Source: a virus (Duplodnaviria > Caudoviricetes). From it: a stretch of DNA of 24,419 bases. This document shows, piece after piece, positions 8,456-17,200 of the stretch; position 1 is the stretch's first letter; every line of letters begins with the position of its first letter. The notes beneath the pieces were generated by a model. It was not told the origin of the DNA and did no database searches. It saw only the letters and a program-made list of their open reading frames with translations. The stretch is taken from the IMG/VR virus record IMGVR_UViG_3300043414_000604, positions 1 through 24,419 of that record; one strand, 5' to 3'. The position numbers and the translations under genes were made by a program.

Positions 8456-8623
8456 ATGGCTATCATGATGGATGAATATTGGGGCCAAGGTGGTTCTTAC
8501 CTCCTTGATCCCAAAACCGGCAAGCGGAAGCTCATCGAGCGGACAGAGCCGGCCAACACTCAACCCGAGGAATTGAGCAATGGCTCTGCTAACACGGAAA
8601 CGGCTGATCCTAGCCAAGGCTGA
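8456..8623 (+). CDS. Small hypothetical protein, 55 aa (not in ORF track); alternative starts 8465/8468
   Basis: MAIMMDEYWGQGGSYLLDPKTGKRKLIERTEPANTQPEELSNGSANTETADPSQG*; fills the only sizeable gap in the operon and starts 2 nt after the previous stop. Confidence 0.65.
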   Translation: MAIMMDEYWGQGGSYLLDPKTGKRKLIERTEPANTQPEELSNGSANTETADPSQG

Positions 8624-9515
8624 AGCTACCTACGGCACCGATCCAACTCCAACCGGTTCGTCTAATGCGATCTTGGTGCGGAACTTAAATATTGTGCCGC
8701 TTCAGTCGGACATAGTTCAACGTGAACTTATACGCCCATATTTGGGTAATTACGAGCAGTTACTCGCACAAACCAGGGTGCAAGTAACTTTCGAGGTTGA
8801 ACTTGCTGGCTCCGGCGCCGCTGGCACTGCACCTGCCTATGGTCCCGTGCTGAAGGCCTGTGGGCTGTCTGAGACCGTAGTGGCCACCACTAGCGTTACC
8901 TATGCGCCAGTAAGCACCAGCTTCAGCTCCGTCACCATCTACTTCTACCAAGACGGCATTCGTCACATTGTGACCGGCGCCCGTGGCACATTTACCCTCA
9001 ATGGCCAAGTTGGGGCAATCCCCACCATCGCTTTTACGATGACCGGGATCTATAACGCTCCTACCGATACAGCGCTTGCTACGCCGACCTACGCCAACCA
9101 AGCAACACCGCTGATCTTCAAGAACGGCAACACCACCAGCTTCTCAGCTTTCAGCTACTCTGGAGCGCTGCAATCGATTGATCTCAATATCGGGAACGAT
9201 ATTGTTTATCGCGAATTGATTGGCGGCACCAAGGAAGTGCTGATTACTGATCGCAAGCCTGCCGGCACCATGTCGATTGAGGCTGTGCTGCTGGCCACCA
9301 AGAACTATTTCACGGTGTCCACCGGTTCAACCACCGGCAGCGTTTCATTCCAGCATGGCACTGCCACTGGTAACATTGCAACGCTAACGATGGCGCAAGC
9401 TGATCTAGCCGATGCCTCGTATGCCGAGTTGAACGGCATCGCGATGATGAACTTGCCTTATGTGGCGACTCCAACCGCTACTGGCAACGACGAACTGTCC
9501 CTCGCTTACACCTAA
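8580..9515 (+). CDS. Major tail tube protein, internally duplicated
   Basis: 311 aa, ILAKAEATYGTDPTP N-terminus; GAGGA RBS; precedes G/GT and tape measure genes; DIVQRELI / DIVYRELI internal repeat. Confidence 0.88.
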   Translation: MALLTRKRLILAKAEATYGTDPTPTGSSNAILVRNLNIVPLQSDIVQRELIRPYLGNYEQLLAQTRVQVTFEVELAGSGAAGTAPAYGPVLKACGLSETVVATTSVTYAPVSTSFSSVTIYFYQDGIRHIVTGARGTFTLNGQVGAIPTIAFTMTGIYNAPTDTALATPTYANQATPLIFKNGNTTSFSAFSYSGALQSIDLNIGNDIVYRELIGGTKEVLITDRKPAGTMSIEAVLLATKNYFTVSTGSTTGSVSFQHGTATGNIATLTMAQADLADASYAELNGIAMMNLPYVATPTATGNDELSLAYT

Positions 9516-9520
9516 TCTCC

Positions 9521-9859
9521 ATGGCATTTATTCTTAAGCAGTCGGACAGCTATTCCTGGCCGGTTACCGTCGAATTTCCAGTAGATGGTGGCCGGTTTGA
9601 AAAGCAGACCTTTGACGTTGAACTGAAACGGCTTTCGCAATCGCGGATCCAAGAAGTAATTGACGGTAAAGGCACTAGCACTGATCCTGATTTTGCCAAG
9701 GAGGTTGTACTTGGTTGGACTGGCGTGACGGATCCCAAGGGAGCTGATGTGCCGTTTAGTGCCGCTGCATTGGATCAATTGCTTAATGTGCCTTTGGTTG
9801 CTGCTGCAATCGTGGAGGCATTTTTCGCTAGCTTGACAGGAGCCAAGCGAAAAAACTAA
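9521..9859 (+). CDS. Tail assembly chaperone (gpG-like)
   Basis: 112 aa between tube and tape measure; VLGWTGVTD...VPFS...L motif; ends in a slippery sequence. Confidence 0.9.
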   Translation: MAFILKQSDSYSWPVTVEFPVDGGRFEKQTFDVELKRLSQSRIQEVIDGKGTSTDPDFAKEVVLGWTGVTDPKGADVPFSAAALDQLLNVPLVAAAIVEAFFASLTGAKRKN

Positions 9860-9888
9860 CAGAGGCCGCTGAGCATTGGGCTGGCGGC
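9850..9888 (+). other. Programmed -1 ribosomal frameshift signal (A AAA AAC plus hairpin)
   Basis: Heptamer A AAA AAC at 9850-9856 directly before TAA; the -1 frame is open into the next ORF; stem GCCGCT..AGC/GCT..GGCGGC at 9865-9888. Confidence 0.9.
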
Positions 9889-10179
9889 AGCGTGGTGGAT
9901 GAAACGGAAAAGGACGCCGCAGGTTTGGGGATTGACGCTCCAAACCTGCCGGCCGTATCTGAAGATTTTGAAGTATGGGAAGAGAACTGGGATATAGTCC
10001 TGATGTTCATGCGTATGCAAACCCAATGGAATGTAACCATGGGTGGCTATGTGGGGCTTAAGTATGAGACGTTACGCTGGTTCTGTGAACTATACTCAAT
10101 AGAAGACGTGCAGGCCATGCTGGAGGGCATCCAAGTCATGGAAGCAGCAGCCCTTGGAGCACTGAACCGCGATGGCTAG
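9856..10179 (+). CDS. gpT-like C-terminal part of the G-T frameshift chaperone
   Basis: -1 frame reads LTEAAEHWAGGSVVDETEKD...EVWEENWDIVLMFMRMQTQW...GLKY, in frame with track ORF 9892-10179. Confidence 0.88.
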   Translation, partial: LTEAAEHWAGGSVVDETEKDAAGLGIDAPNLPAVSEDFEVWEENWDIVLMFMRMQTQWNVTMGGYVGLKYETLRWFCELYSIEDVQAMLEGIQVMEAAALGALNRDG

Positions 10180-13100
10180 CGCTGATACCCAATTTAGGAT
10201 TGAGGCCTTAGTCCGTGGCGTTGAAAACGTTGAAGGCCTTAAATCTGCCATTCGCTCGTTACAGGGATCTGCAACTCCTGCTGCATCAGATCTCAATAAA
10301 CTACGTGATGCTGCGGTAGCGCTTGGCAGCGCATCCAATGCATCTGAAAATAATCTTAGATCTGCGGTTAATACACTTAAAAGTCTTAAGGATCAAGCAT
10401 CAATTGCAAGCAATGAATATCGTCAATTTGCACAAGATATTAAACTTGTAGAAAACCGTTTAAATTCTGTAACGCAAGCTGCAACGCAATTTAAAAGCGC
10501 CAGCAGCGGTATTGCCTCTGGTGGCAATGCAGGCCAAGCAATTATGGGCAGAGGGCGCACTTATGGCGCCTATGGCCAAATGCCCTTTGGCACCAATGAC
10601 CCCGAGTTTTGGCGCAAGCAAGTTGAGAATGCATATCCAAGTCCAATCGGTCCTCAGCAATTAAATTATGGTCAAGCAAATCAAGCGCTTGATCAAATGC
10701 GCTCTTCGTTGGATCAACAATATTCACTGCAACAACGTGCAAGAGTAGAACGACTTGAGTTAAATGAAAAATATAATCAATTAGAAATTCAAGCAGAAAA
10801 CAGAAAACAAGCCGCTTCCTTAAAAGAACAAAAGGCTGGATTTGATGCTGAACTTGCAGATTTCGACAGGCGCCTTGCTGCGCGTGATAGGCGTAGGCAA
10901 GGTCGGCAACAATTTGGTCAATCAGCAGGGATAGTAGCTGCAGCTGGCATTTTTGGAGGCCCTGAAGCGGCTTTAGGCGCTGGCGTAGGCGCAGTACTTG
11001 GCGGCCCAGCTGCCGCTCAAATGGGTGCCAGCATCGGTGCCACTGCAGCGTTGGTTCGACAAAGTATTGTAAGCACAGCAGAATATGCAGCAGAAATCAG
11101 CAAGTTAAACATTGCTTTGAAAGGTGTTACTGGAACATCAAGTGAATACGCAAGAGCACAGCAAGCCATTAAATCTATAAGTCAAGATTTTAATGTTCCA
11201 ATTCTTGACGCCACTCAATCATTTACGCGACTTTCCGCTTCCGTCAAAGGCGCGGGCGGCAATATAAAAGATGCAAATCTTGTATTTAGAAATGTTACAG
11301 CCGCAATTAAAGCTACTGGTGGCAGTACAGCAGATACACAAAGCGCATTGCTGGCAATGTCGCAAGTATTTTCAAAGGGAAAAGTTAGTGCAGAAGAGTT
11401 AAGCGGCCAGCTTGGAGAACGCCTCCCAGGCGCCGTGGCATTATTTGCTAAATCAACTGGTAGAACGTTACCGCAATTACAAAAAGATCTTGAACAGGGA
11501 ACTGTTGGCCTTAATGATTTAATGAAGTTCGTTGCCGCACTGGGACCTCAATACGCAGAAACTGCCAAGAAAATGGCAAGTTCGACGGATGAAGCAGGCG
11601 CAAGAATGGAAAATGCATTGAAAAAAATGCAGCTTGCATTTGGTGAATTTTTTAAACCCGTAGGTGCTGGCATTCAAGATTTAATTACAAAATTTGCAAA
11701 TTTAACAACTGCCGCAATTGAATCATCAAGACGAAGCGCTATTGAGATTGCAGCTAATCAAAAAGCTTTTGAGCAGGCTTCTAAAGAGCAAGGAAATAGA
11801 GGACTTTTAGGTTTTCTTGACCCTAAATTTAGAGAACGTTACAATCAATTATCTACTACAGAAAAAAATAAAGAATTAGAAAAATTAAAGACAGAACTTG
11901 ATAAACCATCAAATTATCAAGATCCAAAGGGAAATGAAACCAAAGGAATGACGGAAAAAGAATTCCAATTGGAAAAGGCTCTTGCTATTTACAGGCAGCA
12001 AGGTCAGCAAATTATTTTTCAGAATTTAAAATCAATTGCAATTCTTGAAGGTCAAATTGCAGAAAGTCAAGAAAAAAAAGATTTTGCAAAAGTAAAATCA
12101 TTAAATTTTGAAAAATTACAATATGAAATTACCAATAAAACTCAGGAAAGTTATGTAAAACTAATGGAACTTGGCACAAAAATTAATTTAGAAGAAGACA
12201 AAAGAAAAAAACAACTTTTAATAATTCAAGCTACGGTTCAAAAAAATATTTTAAGCAACGAAATTGAATTATTTCAATCTCAAAGAAAAAGAGAAATTGA
12301 AAATAATATTGTCAAATCGCAAAAACAACAAACAGAGGAATTAGACAAACAAAAAGATAAATATGATGAAATAAAACGTAAAATGCAACAAATGTTATAT
12401 GAGCAAGCTGATGCCAATCAAAAGCAATTAACTGAAGCAGGTTTGCGCAAACAATACAGAAATGACCCTAAAGCTCTTGCCGCTGAATTAGGCGATTTAA
12501 AAGTAAGGCAAACATATAGCGAATTATTAAAACAAGAAACAGAAAAAGCAAGACAAGCCGAAATGGGAAATGAAGATTTTCAGCAAATAGTTGATGGTCT
12601 TAACGCAAGCAGAGAGGAAGCTCTTAAAACAGCATATGCAATACGCCAGATAAATGAAGAAATTGATAAATTAAATGCCGCTGACATTGGTCAAGGTTTT
12701 CGCGATGGTCTAAAAGGCTTCACTGATGGCATTGGAACGTTAAATCAAAACGTATCAGCGTTAACAACTAATACTTTTAAAGGATTATCGGATAGTATTG
12801 TTGAATTAGCCACAACTGGTAAAGCAAATTTTAAAGATTTTGCAAATTCAATAATTAAAGATATGATTCGTATTTTAACTCAACAATTAATATTAAAGCC
12901 AATTGTTCAAGGAATTGGCAATTTATTTGGTCCAGCTGCTTCTGCCACTGGCTTTGGATCTGGTTACACCAATCCAGTAACCGGTGTGGGTACTGCCGGT
13001 CCAAATTTTGGATTTGCCAACGGCGGCATTATGACCACTTCCGGTCCGATGCCGCTGAAGCGTTATGCCAATGGTGGGATTGCCAATAGCCCACAGCTAG

Positions 13101-13453
13101 CCATATATGGCGAAGGTCGCAAGCCCGAGGCCTATGTGCCATTACCTGACGGTCGTTCGATACCCGTCAAGCTTGATGCCGCCGGAGCGCTCGGACGTTA
13201 CCCACGGCTTGACGCCGGTGGCAATAGCAGCGACGCAGCCACTGGTATGGGCGCAGATGCCGCCCCCACGTTTGCGATGAATTTTGAAACCACGCAATTC
13301 CTAGGCCAAGATTGGGTGAGCAAAGATCAACTCATGGCTGCCATGGCTGCAACCGAAAAACGCGCTACCGCAGCCGGAGCTAAGGCTGGAGCACAACAGG
13401 TGGCGAGTAAAATGCGGACTTCTCCTGCATTCCGCAGACAGGTGGGTGTCTAA
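10172..13453 (+). CDS. Tail tape measure protein
   Basis: 1093 aa, helical; tape-measure domain ALLAMSQVFSKGKVSAEELSGQLGERLPGA; lambda-type C-terminal GKANFKDFANSIIKDMIR; FANGG / YGEGRKPEAYVPL. Confidence 0.96.
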   Translation: MASADTQFRIEALVRGVENVEGLKSAIRSLQGSATPAASDLNKLRDAAVALGSASNASENNLRSAVNTLKSLKDQASIASNEYRQFAQDIKLVENRLNSVTQAATQFKSASSGIASGGNAGQAIMGRGRTYGAYGQMPFGTNDPEFWRKQVENAYPSPIGPQQLNYGQANQALDQMRSSLDQQYSLQQRARVERLELNEKYNQLEIQAENRKQAASLKEQKAGFDAELADFDRRLAARDRRRQGRQQFGQSAGIVAAAGIFGGPEAALGAGVGAVLGGPAAAQMGASIGATAALVRQSIVSTAEYAAEISKLNIALKGVTGTSSEYARAQQAIKSISQDFNVPILDATQSFTRLSASVKGAGGNIKDANLVFRNVTAAIKATGGSTADTQSALLAMSQVFSKGKVSAEELSGQLGERLPGAVALFAKSTGRTLPQLQKDLEQGTVGLNDLMKFVAALGPQYAETAKKMASSTDEAGARMENALKKMQLAFGEFFKPVGAGIQDLITKFANLTTAAIESSRRSAIEIAANQKAFEQASKEQGNRGLLGFLDPKFRERYNQLSTTEKNKELEKLKTELDKPSNYQDPKGNETKGMTEKEFQLEKALAIYRQQGQQIIFQNLKSIAILEGQIAESQEKKDFAKVKSLNFEKLQYEITNKTQESYVKLMELGTKINLEEDKRKKQLLIIQATVQKNILSNEIELFQSQRKREIENNIVKSQKQQTEELDKQKDKYDEIKRKMQQMLYEQADANQKQLTEAGLRKQYRNDPKALAAELGDLKVRQTYSELLKQETEKARQAEMGNEDFQQIVDGLNASREEALKTAYAIRQINEEIDKLNAADIGQGFRDGLKGFTDGIGTLNQNVSALTTNTFKGLSDSIVELATTGKANFKDFANSIIKDMIRILTQQLILKPIVQGIGNLFGPAASATGFGSGYTNPVTGVGTAGPNFGFANGGIMTTSGPMPLKRYANGGIANSPQLAIYGEGRKPEAYVPLPDGRSIPVKLDAAGALGRYPRLDAGGNSSDAATGMGADAAPTFAMNFETTQFLGQDWVSKDQLMAAMAATEKRATAAGAKAGAQQVASKMRTSPAFRRQVGV

Positions 13454-13920
13454 TGTCAGTCGTTGTAATTGGCAATTTCCTGACGTTCACCAAACACGAT
13501 GGCGGCAAGAGCTATTGGCAAAATTTCTTCAACGATAATGCCGTCAGTTTTGATGGCATTAGCTGGAACCTGCTGCCCTTTGTCTACCAGGGCGCAACCA
13601 AAACCAAAAATGGCGACAACATATCCAGCCAGCTAACGCTACCAACCAACCAGCTAACGCTGGCCTGGACCCGCGATGCCGTAAACAATAGCTGGGTTGC
13701 TGAGGTACGCACCTACCAGCTAACCGACGCCTACGCACCGATCACACCACCGCGAGGCCAAGAAATTTGGCTTTGCACTGGCATGAGCTACAACACCCAA
13801 GGAACCCAGCTTGAACTCAGCAGCCCGCTCGATGCAATTGAATCCCGCGTACCAAACCTACGCTTCACCGCCAAACAGGTTGGAGCGCTGCCGTCAACCG
13901 GTGCTATCAGGTCCGGCTGA
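13453..13920 (+). CDS. Minor tail tip protein, short gpL-like
   Basis: VSFDGISWNLLPF...TQLELSSPLDAIESRVP resembles the gpL/hub N-terminal domain; follows tape measure gene. Confidence 0.6.
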   Translation: MSVVVIGNFLTFTKHDGGKSYWQNFFNDNAVSFDGISWNLLPFVYQGATKTKNGDNISSQLTLPTNQLTLAWTRDAVNNSWVAEVRTYQLTDAYAPITPPRGQEIWLCTGMSYNTQGTQLELSSPLDAIESRVPNLRFTAKQVGALPSTGAIRSG

Positions 13921-14284
13921 TCTAATCGGTCTGCCGTACAAGCTGGGCGCTGATCCGTTTCGACACGGTGCAACCGACTGCGTGAACCTATGCCGCGCTG
14001 TGCTGCAATTTCAATGCATCAACGCGCCAGTGCCCACCCGCGATTGGTATCGGCGGCTAAAGCGTGGAGACGTATCAGTTTTTATTGAGCAGCTAGAATC
14101 ATGGGGAAGCCCAGTGATGTACGCTTCGCCAGGGACAATCGCCCTTAGTCAGGCTAAAATTGGCTATGGGCTAGCCGCCTTTTACGATTCAGGATGGATC
14201 CATTGCAACGCTCAAACCCTCCGCGTAGCATGGTCCCCAGCCGTCAATACCGTGGCGCTGTACTGCCCTGGGAAAAGCAGTTGA
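13901..14284 (+). CDS. NlpC/P60-like tail assembly protein (gpK C-terminal-like); start likely GTG 13901 rather than 13811
   Basis: DLIGLPYKLGAD...TDCVNLCRAVL is the NlpC/P60 catalytic Cys motif; GWIH near the end; the upstream extension overlaps the gpL-like gene. Confidence 0.8.
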   Translation: MLSGPADLIGLPYKLGADPFRHGATDCVNLCRAVLQFQCINAPVPTRDWYRRLKRGDVSVFIEQLESWGSPVMYASPGTIALSQAKIGYGLAAFYDSGWIHCNAQTLRVAWSPAVNTVALYCPGKSS

Positions 14285-17200
14285 TGGATGCGCTGGGCAT
14301 GAGCCCAGAAGAATACGCGTGGTATATCAGTGAAATTGCAAATATTAGACCTGAACGTAGTGCAGCATATGACCACATCCCGCATGTAGTTTGCGATCCA
14401 CTGACCGTTTCAATTGTTGGCACGGTAGTTAGTACAGGCCTTAGTTTTGCTGCCCAGGCACTAGCGCCCAAACCGAAAATCCCAAGACAAGATGACCCGG
14501 CTGGTACAGCTCAAAATCTTGAAGGCACCAACGTAAGCAGCAATCGTAAATTTACCAACGTAGACGGTTTTACCTCAGTTCAAAACGTAGCCCGACTGGG
14601 CGAAGTGGCGCCGCTGGTATTTGCCAAGCGTGAACAATTCAATGGCAAATGGCTTGGCGGCGTTCGTGCCGAGACCAAGCTGTTATGGAGCCAATTGTTA
14701 AGCCAAGGCGATGGCCAAGAGTTGGTAGCATTGTTTGCGCTTAATGCCATGGCCATGGCTAAGCCTGATTTTGAAGGCCTGGCGATTGGCGACACGCTAC
14801 TCAAGAATTACCAAGAACCAAAATTGTGCATTTTTTACCGCAGTGGCGATGGAACGCAACGGTTGAACTCAAGCACCAAGATTGGTGGAACGCTAGCGCC
14901 AAGGTCGCCTAGCGATATTATCGTTGCCGAATATGCCAACCAAGGGCCGCAACCGATTTTTAGCGGCACCCGCACACCAACCGGCAGCACTGAGTTTGGT
15001 ACTTATCAGCCCGTACGCAACGGTCAAGATTGGCGGCTGCCATTTAAGCGGGTAAAGGTTGTATTTGATTATAAAAATATCACTGCTGATAGCCAACGCT
15101 CATTTGCACTAGCAGAATTAGAACGCGCAAAAATTGAAAGCTATTATGGCTCATTTTGCGGAATTAATGCAATTGATAGTACATCGTATGGTGGCTATCA
15201 AGAAGTGTTCCAAGATCTCGATGGCAACGAAATTGAATATACAATTTACGCCGATCAAAACGAAACCAATTTTGCGGAGCACGGTTCTGCCGATATTATT
15301 AACAAACGCAAGACGATCGGTGAACAAGCTGATAATGCCTTTACGGTAGGTGAGACTTATTCCATTGGTTCAGCCCAGGGTGTATGCATAAGCACTAGCA
15401 CTAATGCGCCCTATGATGGTACGTTTAATAAATCTTATCGGTTTAAGATTACATCTCGCGGCCAAATATTAGCACTAGGCATTGGCAAGATTGTGCATCC
15501 TGGGATCTTCAGGATAATGCTTGGGTCGTCCACAGCATATCCAACAATATCAAAGCTTGCCATTGGTAGCGTCACCACCACAAGAGCCGTTGACCAAGTT
15601 GAAATTGGAATTAAATCGACAGTCTACAAGCGCTTTAATGGCCTAGTAAATTTTGCCAGCATTCAATCTGAAGCTACTGCGGAGCAAATCGAGACTGGCG
15701 GGGGCATAGTTACCTATGGAACCTACACAGACTACGGATTCCGTTATTCGTTTTTTCATGTTGAATACCGCAAGTCTACAGGTAATTCTGCATGGCAACG
15801 AGTATCGGATCAGCCATTTGGGACCAAAGGAAACAACCCCGTCAGCCAGTTTAATTTTATACGCTTAACTTTTTACGCTGGGGCAGACATTTACGAAGTG
15901 CGATTTGTACCCGTATCTGGCGGCGCGTTTATCAGGCTGCATCAGTACGCATATATATTAGATGCAAGCAATGGAAGCCTGCAATCGTTTAGATCTAAAG
16001 ATGGCGGCGTAAACATTAGTTATGTAGGCAATCCAGGCACTGGCATTGACGCCTACGCAGGCACCAATAAAGTTATGTACTGGGGCGGAGTATCCGGGCC
16101 GGTTCAGCCAACTAATAATGCGGTAACGGCTATCGCGCCCGACTCATTGATCACAAGCAATCCGCCAGCCCCTGGTGTGTATGGGACTAGCGGCGGCGAT
16201 GGTTCTGGTCTGACAATACAGATCGCACACGAGTCAATAATTAACTCCTTTTCTGTCACATCAATTACAACTGGCTGGCGCCAACGATGGCTTCATATGG
16301 GTGTACTAGGCGTTGAGCTTCCTAGCAGCGCAGGGCAAAGAACATCAAGGACTTTGGAATTACGCAGCTCTAGCGGGCGTTACGTGAGAATTAGCATAAT
16401 GCTTTACAGCGTAGGCGTAAATGATCCAATATATAATGCCGACATGATTACAGCCGGATATTCAGGTTATACCTACGGCTGGATTAGCGAGTTCCAAGTT
16501 AATGAAACAATTCAACCAGAAGGATTTGACGGCGGTATATATAACGGCGAGGAATTTTATGCTGATATGCCCAACGGATGGTCAGGATCTCCTACTCGTG
16601 TAGGCATCCGGGCCAACACAACCGAAACAACAATCGTTAAGTTGTTTATTCAAAGCAAAGGTAATAACTATGGTTACCGCAAAACATTCACTGTAAACGG
16701 CACGAGCTTACCAGCGATTATGATCTCTGGACTTGAAAGTACTCCAGGGTCGGCAGCAGTCGGAAGGCCTGTCAACATCTGGGACGCAGTTGCTGACGTA
16801 TACCTATTCAGCGAAGAAGAAGGGAGCCATCAAGATAGTCCCGAGCATCAAATTGTATACGTAAATGAACAGCGCAGAAATTCGACAACACCGTTGTACA
16901 ACAGCCTTGCTTTGGCTGGAATGCAACTTCGCAGTGGCAAGGACTGGAGCAGCTTTAGCAACTTCAGCTATTACGCCAAAATGGGGCGCATCATTCCTTT
17001 AATGGTTGACAGTGGTGGCAATAGCGTCAATTCACCAACAGATCTAGGTGTTACAGGCGCCAGCCATCTGTTTCCAGAGATCTTGCGTAACCTGTTGCGC
17101 TCTACTGTCTATGGCTCTGGTGCATTGGTGCCCGAGGCCATGATCGATTGGGACGGTTTTCGCGCCGCAGCCAAAGCGTGTCAGGCTAATGGTTGGTTTT

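Noticed and set aside
13629-13724. CCAGCTAAC(GCT) repeated three times in the gpL-like gene
   Set aside because: Each encodes QLT in frame with irregular spacing; not CRISPR- or iteron-like.
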